From: Eledone cirrhosa
Taxonomy: Eukaryota
Assembly: GCA_964016885.1 (NCBI GenBank)
Contig: OZ024742.1
Span: 164,052,001 to 164,116,000 of the forward strand
Reading direction: 5' to 3'
DNA length: 64,000 nucleotides
The notes beneath the pieces are model-generated. The model saw nothing but the letters and a program-made list of their open reading frames with translations. It did no database searches and was not told the DNA's origin. Position 1 is the first letter of the stretch. Each line of letters begins with the position of its first letter. The position numbers and the translations under genes are program-made. Below are positions 39,501-54,400 of the stretch, one piece after another.

Positions 39501-41786
39501 TTTTTTACAAATTATCTCCCCCTGATTTTTTTTTACAAATTATCTCCCCCTGATTTTTTTTTACGAATTATCTCCCCCTGATTTTTTTTACAAATTATCT
39601 CCGCCTGATTTTTTTTTAAAAATTATCTCCCCTTGAACGGCTGGAAATTATCTCCCCTTGGACGGCTGGAAATTATCTCCCCTTGGACGGCTAGAAATTA
39701 CCTCTCCTTGGACGGCTGAAAATTATCTCCCCTTGGACGGCTGCAAATTATCTCCCCTTGATTTTTTAACAAATTATCTCCCCCTGATTTTTTTTTACAA
39801 ATTATCTCCCCCTGATTTTTTTTTACAAATTATCTACGCCTAAGTTTTTTTACAAATTATCTCCCCCTGATTTTTTTTTACAAATTATCTCCCCCTGATT
39901 TTTTTTACAAATTATCTCCCCCTGATTTTTTTTTACAAATTATTTCCCCCTGATTTTTTTACAAATTATCTCCCCCCTGATTTTTTTTACAATCTCCGTT
40001 TGATTTTTTAAAAAATTATCTTCCCTTGGCTGGCGGGAAATTATCTCCCCTTGGACGGCTGGAAATTATATCCCCTTGGACGGCTGGAAATTACCTCCCC
40101 TTGGACAGCTGGAAATTATCTGCCCTTGATTTTGTTTTTACAAATTATCTCCCCCTGATTTTTTTTACAAATTATCTCCACCTGATTTTTAAAAAATTAT
40201 CTCCCCTTGGACGGCTGGAAATTATCTCCCCTTGATTTTTTTACAAATTATCTCCCCCTGATTTTTTTTTACAAATTATCTGCCCCTGATTTTTTTTACA
40301 AATTATCTCCCCCTGATTTTTTTACAAATTATCTCCCCTTGGCTGGCTGGAAATTATCTCCCCTTGGAGGCTGGAATTTATCTCCCCTTGGACGGCTAGA
40401 AATTACCTCTCCTTGGACGGCTGGAAAATATTTCTCCTTGGACGGCTGGATATTATCTACCTTTGGACGGGTGGAAATTATCTCCCCTTGGACGGCTGGA
40501 AATTATCTCCCCTTGGACGGCTAGATATTACCTCCCCTTGGACGGCTGGAAATTATCTTCCCTTGATTTTTTTTACAAATTATCTCCTCCTGATTTTTTT
40601 TTTACAAATTATCTCCCCCTGATTTTTTTACAAATTATCTCCCCCTGATTTTTTTTACAAATTATCTCCGCCTGACTTTTTTAAATATTATCTTCCCTTG
40701 GCTGGCGGGAAATTATCTCCCCTTGGACGGCTGAAAATTATCTCCCCTTGGACGGCTGGAAATTATCTCCCCTTGATTTTTTTTACAAATTATCTCCCCC
40801 TGATTATTTTTTACAAATTATCTTTCCCTGATTTTTTTTTACAAATTATCTCCCCCTGATTTTTTTTACAAATTATCTCCCCCTGATTTTTTTACAAATT
40901 ATCTCCCCTTGGCTGGCTGGAAATTATCTCTCCTTGGAGGCTGGAATTTATCTCCCCTTGGACGGCTGGAAATTATCTCTCCTTGGACGGCTAGTAATTA
41001 CCTCTCCTTGGACGGCTGGAAAATATGTCTCGTTGGAGGGCTGGAAATTATCTCCCCTTGGACGGCTGGAAATTATCTCCCCTTGGACGGCTGGAAATTA
41101 TCTCTCCTTGGACGGCTAGAAATTACCTCTCCTTGGACGGCTGAAAATTATCTCTCCTTGGACGGCTGGAAATTATCTCCCCTTGGACGGCTAGATATTA
41201 CCTCCCCTTGGACGGCTGGAAATTATCTCCCCTTGATTTTTTTTACAAATTATCTCCCCCTGATTTTTTTTACAAATTATCTACACCTGATTTTTTTACA
41301 AATTATCTCCCCCTGATTTTTTTTACAAATTATCTCCGCCTCATTTTTTTAAATATTATCTTCCCTTGGCTGGCGGGAAATTATCTCCCCTTGGACGGCT
41401 GAAAATTATCTCCCCTTGGACGGCTGGAAATTATCTCCCCTTGATCTTTTTTACAAATTATCTCCCCCTGATTTTTTTTTACAAATTATCTCCCCCTGAT
41501 TTTTTTTTACAAATTATCTCCCCTTGGCTGGCTGGAAATTATCTCCCCTTGGAGGCTGGAATTTATCTCCCCTTGGACGGCTAGAAATTACCTCTCCTTG
41601 GACGGCTGGAAAATATGTCCTTGGACGGCTGGATATTATCTACCCTTGGACGGCTGGAAATTATCTCCCCTTGGACGGCTGGAAATTATCTCCCCTTGGA
41701 CGGCTAGATATTATCTCCCCTTGGACGGCTGGAAATTATCTCCCCTTGATTTTTTTTACAAATTATCTCCCCCTGATTTTTTTTAC

Positions 41787-42172
41787 AAATCTAATGATTT
41801 TTTAAAAAAAATTATCTCCCCTTCGCTGGCTGCAAATTATCTCCCCTTGGACGCTGGAAATTATAGCCCCTTGGAGGGCTGGAAATTATCTTCCCTTGGA
41901 CGGCTGGAAATTATCTCCCCTCGGCTCGAAATTATCTCCCCTTGGACGGCTAGAAATTATCTCTCTTTGGACGGCTGGAAATTATCTCCCTTTGATTTTT
42001 TTTACAAATTATCTCCCCCTGATTTTTTTTACAAATCTCCCCCTGATTTTTTAAAAAAAATTATCTCCCCTTCGCTGGCTGGAAATTATCTCCCCTTGGA
42101 CACTGTAAATTATAGCCCCTTGGAGGGCTGGAAATTATCTTACCTTGGACGGCTGGAAATTATCTCTGCTTG
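41787..42172 (+). repeat. Divergent-monomer cassette, subtype 2
   Basis: Same diagnostic motifs as the 29451 copy. Confidence 0.85.
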
Positions 42173-45100
42173 ATTTTTTTTACAAATTATCTCCCCCTGA
42201 TTTTTTTTACAAATTATCCCCCCCGATTTTTTTTACAAATTATCTACCCCTGATTTTTTTTACAAATTATCTCCCCTTGGACGGCTGGAAATTATCTCCC
42301 CTTGGACGGCTGGAAATTATCTCTCCTTGGACGGCTAGAAATTACCTCTCCTTGGACGACTGAAAATTATCTCCCCTTGGACGGCTGCAAATTATCTCCC
42401 CTTGATTTCTTTTACAAATTATCTCCGCCTGATTTTTTTTTTAAAATTATCTCCCCTTGGACGGCTGGAAATTACCTCCCCTTGGACGGCTGGAAATTAT
42501 CTCCCCTTGGACGGCTAGAAATTACCTCTCATTGGACGGCTGAAAATTATCTCCCCTTGGACGGCTGGAAATTATCTCCCCTTGATTTTTTTTACAAATT
42601 ATCTCCCCCTGATTTTTTTTTTACAAATTATCTCCGCCTGATTTTTTTTTTAAATTATCTCTCCTTGGACGGCTGGATATTATCTCCCCTTTCATTTTTT
42701 TTACAAATTATCTCCCCCTGATTTTTTTTTACAAATTATCTCCCCCTGATTTTTTTTTACAAATTATCTCCCCCTGATTTTTTTTTACAAATTATCTCCC
42801 CCTGATTTTTTTTACAAATTATCTCCCCCTGATTTTTTTACAAATTATCTCCCCTTGGCTGGCTGGAAATTATCTCCCCTTGGAGGCTGGAATTTATCTC
42901 CCCTTGGACGGCTAGAAATTACCTCTCCTTGGACGGCTGGAAAATATGTCCTTGGACGGCTGGATATTATCTACCCTTGGACGGCTGGAAATTATCTCCC
43001 CTTGGACGGCTGGAAATTATCTCCCCTTGGACGGCTAGATATTACCTACCCTTGGACGGCTGGAAATTATCTCCCCTTGATTTTTTTTACAAATTATCTC
43101 CCCCTGATTTTTTTTTACAAATTATCTCCCCCTGATTTTTTTTTACAAATTTTCTCCGCCTGATTTTTTTTTACAAATTATCTCCACCTAATTTTTTTTA
43201 CAAATTATCTCTCCCTGATCTTTTTTTACAAATTATCTCCCCCTGATTTTTTTTTACCAATTATCTACCCCTGATTTTTTTTTACAAATTATCTCCCCCT
43301 TATTTTTTTTACAAATTATCTCCCCCTGATTTTTTTTACAAATTATCTCCCCCTGATTTTTTTACAAATTATCTCCCCCCGATTTTTTTTACAAATTATA
43401 TCCGCCTAATTTTTTTAAATATTATCTATCCTTGGCTGGCGGGAAATTATCTCCCCTTGGACGGCAGAAAATTTTCTCCCCTTGGACGGCTGGAAATTAT
43501 CTCCCCTTGATTTTTTTACAAATTATCTCCCCCTGATTATTTTTTACAAATTATCTCCCCCTGATTTTTTTTTACAAATTATCTCCCTCTGATTTTTTTT
43601 ACGAATTATCTCCCCTTGGCTGGCTGGAAATTATCTCCCCTTGGAGGCTGGAATTTATCTCCCCTTGGACGGTTAGAAATTACCTCTCCTTGGACTGCTG
43701 GAAAATATGTCTCCTTGGACGGCTGGAAATTATCTCCCCTTGGACGGCTGGAAATTATCTCCCCTTGGACGGCTGGAAATTATCTCTCCTCGGACGACTA
43801 GAAATTACCTCTCCTTGGACAGCTGAAAATTATCTCCCCTTGGACGGCTGGAAATTATCTCCCCTTGATTTTTTTTACAAATTATCTCCCCCTGATTTTT
43901 TTTTACAAATTATCTCCCCCTGATTTTTTTTTACAAATTATCTCCCCCTGATTTTTTTTACAAATTATCTCCCCCTGATATTTTTTACAAATTATCTCCC
44001 CCTGATTTTTTTACAAATTATCTCCCCTTGGCTGGCTGGAAATTATCTACCCTTGGAGGCTGGAATTTATCTCCCCTTGGACGGCTAGAAATTACCTCGC
44101 CTTGGACGGCTGGAAAATATGTCTCCTTGGACGGCTGGAAATTATCTCCCCTTGGACGGCTGGAAATTATCTCCCCTTGGACGGCTGGAAATTATCTCCC
44201 CTTGGACGGCTAGATATTACCTCCCCTTGGACGGCTGGAAATTATCTCCCCTTGATTTTTTTTACAAATTATCTCCCCCTGATTTTTTTTTACAAATTAT
44301 CTCCCCCTGATTTTTTTTACGAAGTATCTCCCCCTGATTTTTTTTTACAAATTATCTCCGCCTGATTTTCTTTTAAAAATTATCTCCCCTTGAACGGCTG
44401 GAAATTATCTCCCCTTGGACGGCTGGAAATTATCTCCCCTTGGACGGCTAGAAATTACCTCTCCTTGGACGGCTGAAAATTATCTCCCATTGGACGGCTG
44501 CAAATTATCTCCCCTTGATTTTTTAACAAATTATCTCCCCCTGATTTTTTTTTACAAATTATCTCCCCCTGATTTTTTTTTACAAATTATCTACGCCTAA
44601 TTTTTTTTACAAATTATCTCCCCCTGATTTTTTTTTACAAATTATCTCCCCCTGATTTTTTTTACAAATTATCTCCCCCTGATTTTTTTTTACAAATTAT
44701 TTCCCCCTGATTTTTTTACAAATTATCTCCCCCCTGATTTTTTTTACAATCTCCGCCTGATTTTTTTAAAAATTATCTTCCCTTGGCTGGCGGGAAATTA
44801 TCTCCCCTTGGACGGCTGGAAATTATATCCCCTTGGAAGGATGGAAATTATCTCCCCTTGGACGGCTGGAAATTATCTCCCCTTGGACGGCTGGAAATTA
44901 TCTCCCCTTGGACAGCTGGAATTTATCTGCCCTTGATTTTGTTTTTACAAATTATCTCCCCCTGATTTTTTTTACAAATTATCTCCACCTGATTTTTTAA
45001 AAAATTATCTCCCCTTGGACGGCTGGAAATTATCTCCCCTTGATTTTTTTTACAAATTATCTCCCCCTGATTTTTTTTTACAAATTATCTCCCCCTGATT

Positions 45101-48100
45101 TTTTTTTACAAATTATCTCCCCCTGATTTTTTTTTACAAATTATCTCACCCTGATTTTTTTTACAAATTATCTCTCCCTGATTTTTTTACAAATTATCTC
45201 CCCTTGGCTGGCTGGAAATTATCTCCCCTTGGAGTCTGGAATTTATCTCCCCTTGGACGGCTAGAAATTACCTCTCCTTGGACGGCTGGAAAATATGTCT
45301 CCTTGGACGGCTGGATATTATCTACCCTTGGACGGCTGGAAATTATCTCCCCTTGGACGGCTGGAAATTATCTCCTCTTGGACGGCTAGATATTACCTCC
45401 CCTTGGACGGCTGGAAATTATCTCCCCTTGATTTTTTTACAAATTATCTCCCCCTGATTTTTTTACAAATTATCTCCCCCTGATTTTTTTTACAAATTAT
45501 CTCCGCCTAATTTTTTTAAATATTATCTTCCCTTGGCTGGCGGGAAATTATCTCCCCTTGGACGGCTGAAAATTATCTCCCCTTGGACGGCTGGAAATTA
45601 TCTCCACTTGATTTTTTTTACAAATTATCTCCCCCTGATTTTTTTTTACAAATTATCTCCCCCTGATTTTTTTTACAAATTATCTCCCCCTGATTTTTTT
45701 ACAAATTATCTCCCCTTGGCTGGCTGGAAATTATCTCCCCTTGGAGGCTGGAATTTATCTCCCCTTGGACGGCTAGAAATTACCTCTCCTTGGAAGGCTG
45801 GAAAATATGTCCTTGGACGGCTGGATATTATCTACCCTTGGACGGCTGGAAATTATCTCCCCTTGGACGGCTGGAAATTATCTCCCCTTGGACGGCTAGA
45901 TATTACCTCCCCTTGGACGGCTGGAAATTATCTCCACTTGATTTTTTTTACAAATTATCTCCCCCTGATTTTTTTTTACAAATTATCTCCCCCTGATTTT
46001 TTTTTACAAATTATTTCCCCCTGATTTTTTTACAAATTATCTCCCCCCTGATTTTTTTTACAATCTCCGCCTGATTTTTTTAAAAATTATCTTGCCTTGG
46101 CTGGCGGGAAATTATCTCCCCTTGGACGGCTGGAAATTATATCCCCTTGGACGGCTGGAAATTACCTCCCCTTGGACAGCTGGAAATTATCTGCCCTTGA
46201 TTTTGTTTTTACAAATTATCTCCCCCTGATTTTTTTTACAAATTATCTCCCCCTGATTTTTTTTTTACAAATTATCTCCCCCTGATTTTTTTTACAAATT
46301 ATCTCCCCCTGATTTTTTTACAAATTATCTCCCCTTGGCTGGCTGGAAATTATCTCCCCTTGGAGGCTGGAATTTATCTCCCCTTGGACGGCTAGAAATT
46401 ACCTCTCCTTGGACGGCTGGAAAATATTTCTCCTTGGACGGCTGGATATTATCTACCCTTGGACGGGTGGAAATTATCTCCCCTTGGACGGCTGGAAATT
46501 ATCTCCCCTTGGACGGCTAGATATTACCTCCCCTTGGACGACTGGAAATTATCTCCCCTTGATTTTTTTTACAAATTATCTCCCCCTGATTTTTTTTTTA
46601 CAAATTATCTTCCCCTGATTTTTTTTACAAATTATCTCCGCCTGATTTTTTTAAATATTATCTTCTCTTGGCTGGCGGGAAATTATCTCCCCTTGGACGG
46701 CTGAAAATTATCTCCCCTTGGACGGCTGGAAATTATCTCCCCTTGATTTTTTTTACAAATTATCTCCCCCTGATTTTTTTTTACAAATTATCTCCCCCTG
46801 ATTTTTTTTTACAAATTATCTCCCCCTGATTTTTTTTTTACAAATTATCTCCCCCTGATTTATTTACAAATTATCTCCCCCTGATTTTTTTTACAAATTA
46901 TCTCCGCCTGATTTTTTTAAATATTATCTTCTCTTGGCTGGCGGGAAATTATCTCCCCTTGGACGGCTGAAAATTATCTCCCCTTGGACGGCCGGAAATT
47001 ATCTCCCCTTGATTTTTTTTACAAATTATCTCCCCCTGATTTTTTTTTACAAATTATCTCCCCCTGATTTTTTTTTACAAATTATCTCCCCCTGATTTTT
47101 TTTTACAAATTATCTCCCCCTGATTTTTTTACAAATTATCTCCCCTTGGCTGGCTGGAAATTATCTCCCCTTGGAGGCTGGAATTTATCTCCCCTTGGAC
47201 GGCTAGAAATTACCTCTCCTTGGACGGCTGGAAAATATGTCCTTGGACGGTTGGATATTATCTACCCTTGGACGGCTGGAAATTATCTCCCCTTGGACGG
47301 CTGGAAATTATCTCCCCTTGATTTTTTTACAAATTATCTCCCCCTGATTATTTTTTACAAATTATCTCCCCCTGATTTTTTTTTACAAATTATCTCCCTC
47401 TGATTTTTTTTACAAATTATCTCCCCTTGGCTGGCTGGAAATTATCTCCCCTTGGAGGCTGGAATTTATCTCCCCTAGGACGGTTAGAAATTACCTCTCC
47501 TTGGACTGCTGGAAAATATGTCTCCTTGGACGGCTGGAAATTATCTCCCCTTGGACGGCTGGAAATTATCTCCCCTTGGACGGCTGGAAATTATCTCTCC
47601 TCGGACGACTAGAAATTACCTCTCCTTGGACAGCTGAAAATTATCTCCCCTTGGACGGCTGGAAATTATCTCCCCTTGATTTTTTTTACAAATTATCTCC
47701 CCCTGATTTTTTTTTACAAATTATCTCCCCCTGATTTTTTTTTACAAATTATCTCCCCCTGATTTTTTTTACAAATTATCTCCCCCTGATATTTTTTACA
47801 AATTATCTCCCCCTGATTTTTTTACAAATTATCTCCCCTTGGCTGGCTGGAAATTATCTCCCCTTGGAGGCTGGAATTTATCTCCCCTTGGACGGCTAGA
47901 AATTACCTCGCCTTGGACGGCTGGAAAATATGTCTCCTTGGACGGCTGGAAATTATCTCCCCTTGGACGGCTGGAAATTATCTCCCCTTGGACGGCTAGA
48001 TATTACCTCCCCTTGGACGGCTGGAAATTATCTCCCCTTGATTTTTTTACAAATTATCTCCCCCTGATTTTTTTTTACAAATTATCTCCCCCTGATTTTT

Positions 48101-51041
48101 TTTTACAAATTATCTACCCCTGATTTTTTTTTACAAATTATCTCCCCCTGATTTGTTTTACAAATTATCTCTCACTGATTTTTTTTTACAAATTATCTCC
48201 CCGATTTTTTTTTACAAATTATCTACCCCTGATTTTTTTTTACAAATTATCTCCCCCTGATTTTTTTTACAAATTATCTCCCCCTGATTTTTTTTACAAA
48301 TTATCTCCCCCTGATTTTTTTACAAATTATCTCCCCCCGATTTTTTTTACAAATTATCTCCGCCTAATTTTTTTAAATATTATCTTCCCTTGGCTGGCGG
48401 GAAATTATCTCCCCTTGGACGGCTGAAAATTATCTCCCCTTGGACGGCTGGAAATTATCTCCCCTTGATTTTTTTACAAATTATCTCCCCCTGATTTTAT
48501 TTTACAAATTATCTCCCCCTGATTTTTTTTACAAATTATCTCCCCCTGATATTTTTTACAAATTATCTCCCCCTGATTTTTTTACAAATTATCTCCCCTT
48601 GGCTGGCTGGAAATTATCTCCCCTTGGAGGCTGGAATTTATCTCCCCTTGGACGGCTAGAAATTACCTCGCCTTGGACGGCTGGAAAATATGTCTCCTTG
48701 GACGGCTGGAAATTATCTCCACTTGGACGGCTGGAAATTATCTCCCCTTGGACGGCTGGAAATTATCTCCCCTTGGACGGCTAGAGATATTACCTCCCCT
48801 TGGACGGCTGGAAATTATCTCCCCTTGATTTTTTTTTACAAATTATCTCCCCCTGATTTTTTTTTACGAATTATCTCCCCCTGATTTTTTTTACAAATTA
48901 TCTCCGCCTGATTTTTTTTTTAAAATTATCTCCCCTTGAACGGCTGGAAATTATCTCCCCTTGGACGGCTGGAAATTATCTCCCCTTGGACGGCTAGAAA
49001 TTACCTCTCCTTGGACGGCTGAAAATTATCTCCCCTTGGACGGCTGCAAATTATCTCCCCTTGATTTTTTAACAAATTATCTCCCCCTGATTTTTTTTTA
49101 CAAATTATCTCCCCCTGATTTTTTTTTACAAATTATCTACGCCTAAGTTTTTTTACAAATTATCTCCCCCTGATTTTTTTTTACAAATTATCTCCCCCTG
49201 ATTTTTTTTACAAATTATCTCCCCCTGATTTTTTTTTACAAATTATTTCCCCCTGATTTTTTTACAAATTATCTCCCCCCTGATTTTTTTTACAATCTCC
49301 GCCTGGTTTTTTAAAAAATTATCTTCCCTTGGCTGGCGGGAAATTATCTCCCCTTGGACGGCTGGAAATTATATCCCCTTGGACGGCTGGAAATTACCTC
49401 CCCTTGGACAGCTGGAAATTATCTGCCCTTGATTTTGTTTTTACAAATTATCTCCCCCTGATTTTTTTTACAAATTATCTCCACCTGATTTTTAAAAAAT
49501 TATCTCCCCTTGGACGGCTGGAAATTATCTCCCCTTGATTTTTTTACAAATTATCTCCCCCTGATTTTTTTTTACAAATTATCTGCCCCTGATTTTTTTT
49601 ACAAATTATCTCCCCCTGATTTTTTTACAAATTATCTCCCCTTGGCTGGCTGGAAATTATCTCCCCTTGGAGGCTGGAATTTATCTCCCCTTGGACGGCT
49701 AGAAATTACCTCTCCTTGGACGGCTGGAAAATATTTCTCCTTGGACGGCTGGATATTATCTACCTTTGGACGGGTGGAAATTATCTCCCCTTGGACGGCT
49801 GGAAATTATCTCCCCTTGGACGGCTAGATATTACCTCCCCTTGGACGGCTGGAAATTATCTTCCCTTGATTTTTTTTACAAATTATCTCCCCCTGATTTT
49901 TTTTTTACAAATTATCTCCCCCTGATTTTTTTACAAATTATCTCCCCCTGATTTTTTTTACAAATTATCTCCGCCTGACTTTTTTAAATATTATCTTCCC
50001 TTGGCTGGCGGGAAATTATCTCCCCTTGGACGGCTGAAAATTATCTCCCCTTGGACGGCTGGAAATTATCTCCCCTTGATTTTTTTTACAAATTATCTCC
50101 CCCTGATTATTTTTTACAAATTATCTTTCCCTGATTTTTTTTTACAAATTATCTCCCCCTGATTTTTTTTACAAATTATCTCCCCCTGATTTTTTTAAAA
50201 TTATCTCCCCTTGGCTGGCTGGAAATTATCTCTCCTTGGAGGCTGGAATTTATCTCCCCTTGGACGGCTGGAAATTATCTCTCCTTGGACGGCTAGAAAT
50301 TACCTCTCCTTGGACGGCTGGAAAATATGTCTCGTTGGAGGGCTGGAAATTATCTCCCCTTGGACGGCTGGAAATTATCTCCCCTTGGACGGCTGGAAAT
50401 TATCTCTCCTTGGACGGCTAGAAATTACCTCTCCTTGGACGGCTGAAAATTATCTCTCCTTGGACGGCTGGAAATTATCTCCCCTTGGACGGCTAGATAT
50501 TACCTCCCCTTGGACGGCTGGAAATTATCTCCCCTTGATTTTTTTTACAAATTATCTCCCCCTGATTTTTTTTACAAATTATCTACACCTGATTTTTTTA
50601 CAAATTATCTCCCCCTGATTTTTTTTACAAATTATCTCCGCCTCATTTTTTTAAATATTATCTTCCCTTGGCTGGCGGGAAATTATCTCCCCTTGGACGG
50701 CTGAAAATTATCTCCCCTTGGACGGCTGGAAATTATCTCCCCTTGATCTTTTTTACAAATTATCTCCCCCTGATTTTTTTTTACAAATTATCTCCCCCTG
50801 ATTTTTTTTTACAAATTATCTCCCCCTGATTTTTTTTTACAAATTATCTCCCCTTGGCTGGCTGGAAATTATCTCCCCTTGGAGGCTGGAATTTATCTCC
50901 CCTTGGACGGCTAGAAATTACCTCTCCTTGGACGGCTGGAAAATATGTCCTTGGACGGCTAGATATTATCTCCCCTTGGACGGCTGGAAATTATCTCCCC
51001 TTGATTTTTTTTACAAATTATCTCCCCCTGATTTTTTTTAC

Positions 51042-51427
51042 AAATCTAATGATTTTTTAAAAAAAATTATCTCCCCTTCGCTGGCTGCAAATTATCTCCC
51101 CTTGGACGCTGGAAATTATAGCCCCTTGGAGGGCTGGAAATTATCTTCCCTTGGACGGCTGGAAATTATCTCCCCTCGGCTCGAAATTATCTCCCCTTGG
51201 ACGGCTAGAAATTATCTCTCTTTGGACGGCTGGAAATTATCTCCCTTTGATTTTTTTTACAAATTATCTCCCCCTGATTTTTTTTACAAATCTCCCCCTG
51301 ATTTTTTAAAAAAAATTATCTCCCCTTCGCTGGCTGGAAATTATCTCCCCTTGGACACTGTAAATTATAGCCCCTTGGAGGGCTGGAAATTATCTTACCT
51401 TGGACGGCTGGAAATTATCTCTGCTTG
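51042..51427 (+). repeat. Divergent-monomer cassette, subtype 2
   Basis: Same diagnostic motifs as the 29451 copy. Confidence 0.85.
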
Positions 51428-54400
51428 ATTTTTTTTACAAATTATCTCCCCCTGATTTTTTTTTACAAATTATCCCCCCCGATTTTTTTTACAAATTATC
51501 TACCCCTGATTTTTTTTACAAATTATCTCCTCTTGGACGGCTGGAAATTATCTCCCCTTGGACGGCTGGAAATTATCTATCCTTGGACGGCTAGAAATTA
51601 CCTCTCCTTGGACGACTGAAAAGTATCTCCCCTTGGACGGCTGCAAATTATCTCCCCTTGATTTCTTTTACAAATTATCTCCGCCTGATTTTTTTTTTTA
51701 AATTATCTCCCCTTGGACGGCTGGAAATTACCTCCCCTTGGACGGCTGGAAATTATCTCCCCTTGGACGGCTAGAAATTACCTCTCATTGGACGGCTGAA
51801 AATTATCTCCCCTTGGACGGCTGGAAATTATCTCCCCTTGATTTTTTTTACAAATTATCTCCCCCTGATTTTTTTTTTACAAATTATCTCCGCCTGATTT
51901 TTTTTTTAAATTATCTCTCCTTGGACGGCTGGATATTATCTCCCCTTTCATTTTTTTTACAAATTATCTCCCCCTGATTTTTTTTTACAAATTATCTCCC
52001 CCTGATTTTTTTTTACAAATTATCTCCCCCTGATTTTTTTTTACAAATTATCTCCCCCTGATTTTTTTTACAAATTATCTCCCCCTGATTTTTTTACAAA
52101 TTATCTCCCCTTGGCTGGCTGGAAATTATCTCCCCTTGGAGGCTGGAATTTATCTCCCCTTGGACGGCTAGAAATTACCTCTCCTTGGACGGCTGGAAAA
52201 TATGTCCTTGGACGGCTGGATATTATCTACCCTTGGACGGCTGGAAATTATCTCCCCTTGGACGGCTGGAAATTATCTCCCCTTGGACGGCTAGATATTA
52301 CCTCCCCTTGGACGGCTGGAAATTATCTCCCCTTGATTTTTTTTACAAATTATCTCCCCCTGATTTTTTTTTACAAATTATCTCCCCCTGATTTTTTTTT
52401 ACAAATTATCTCCGCCTGATTTTTTTTTACAAATTATCTCTCCCTGATCTTTTTTTACAAATTATCTCCCCCTGATTTTTTTTTACCAATTATCTACCCC
52501 TGATTTTTTTTTACAAATTATCTCCCCCTTATTTTTTTTACAAATTATCTCCCCCTGATTTTTTTTACAAATTATCTCCCCCTGATTTTTTTACAAATTA
52601 TCTCCCCCCGATTTTTTTTACAAATTATATCCGCCTAATTTTTTTAAATATTATCTATCCTTGGCTGGCGGGAAATTATCTCCCCTTGGACGGCTGAAAA
52701 TTTTCTCCCCTTGGACGGCTGGAAATTATCTCCCCTTGATTTTTTTACAAATTATCTCCCCCTGATTATTTTTTACAAATTATCTCCCCCTGATTTTTTT
52801 TTACAAATTATCTCCCTCTGATTTTTTTTACAAATTATCTCCCCTTGGCTGGCTGGAAATTATCTCCCCTTGGAGGCTGGAATTTATCTCCCCTTGGACG
52901 GTTAGAAATTACCTCTCCTTGGACTGCTGGAAAATATGTCTCCTTGGACGGCTGGAAATTATCTCCCCTTGGACGGCTGGAAATTATCTCCCCTTGGACG
53001 GCTGGAAATTATCTCTCCTCGGACGACTAGAAATTACCTCTCCTTGGACAGCTGAAAATTATCTCCCCTTGGACGGCTGGAAATTATCTCCCCTTGATTT
53101 TTTTACAAATTATCTCCCCCTGATTTTTTTTTACAAATTATCTCCCCCTGATTTTTTTTACAAATTATCTCCCCCTGATATTTTTTACAAATTATCTCCC
53201 CCTGATTTTTTTACAAATTATCTCCCCTTGGCTGGCTGGAAATTATCTACCCTTGGAGGCTGGAATTTATCTCCCCTTGGACGGCTAGAAATTACCTCGC
53301 CTTGGACGGCTGGAAAATATGTCTCCTTGGACGGCTGGAAATTATCTCCCCTTGGACGGCTGGAAATTATCTCCCCTTGGACGGCTGGAAATTATCTCCC
53401 CTTGGACGGCTAGATATTACCTCCCCTTGGACGGCTGGAAATTATCTCCCCTTGATTTTTTTTACAAATTATCTCCCCCTGATTTTTTTTTACAAATTAT
53501 CTCCCCCTGATTTTTTTTTACGAAGTATCTCCCCCTGATTTTTTTTTACAAATTATCTCCGCCTGATTTTTTTTTAAAAATTATCTCCCCTTGAACGGCT
53601 GGAAATTATCTCCCCTTGGACGGCTGGAAATTATCTCCCCTTGGACGGCTAGAAATTACCTCTCCTTGGACGGCTGAAAATTATCTCCCATTGGACGGCT
53701 GCAAATTATCTCCCCTTGATTTTTTAACAAATTATCTCCCCCTGATTTTTTTTTACAAATTATCTCCCCCTGATTTTTTTTTACAAATTATCTACGCCTA
53801 ATTTTTTTTACAAATTATCTCCCCCTGATTTTTTTTTACAAATTATCTCCCCCTGATTTTTTTTACAAATTATCTCCCCCTGATTTTTTTTTACAAATTA
53901 TTTCCCCCTGATTTTTTTACAAATTATCTCCCCCCTGATTTTTTTTACAATCTCCGCCTGATTTTTTTAAAAATTATCTTCCCTTGGCTGGCGGGAAATT
54001 ATCTCCCCTTGGACGGCTGGAAATTATATCCCCTTGGAAGGATGGAAATTATCTCCCCTTGGACGGCTGGAAATTATCTCCCCTTGGACGGCTGGAAATT
54101 ATCTCCCCTTGGACAGCTGGAAATTATCTGCCCTTGATTTTGTTTTTACAAATTATCTCCCCCTGATTTTTTTTACAAATTATCTCCACCTGATTTTTTA
54201 AAAAATTATCTCCCCTTGGACGGCTGGAAATTATCTCCCCTTGATTTTTTTTACAAATTATCTCCCCCTGATTTTTTTTTACAAATTATCTCCCCCTGAT
54301 TTTTTTTTACAAATTATCTCCCCCTGATTTTTTTTTACAAATTATCTCACCCTGATTTTTTTTACAAATTATCTCTCCCTGATTTTTTTACAAATTATCT

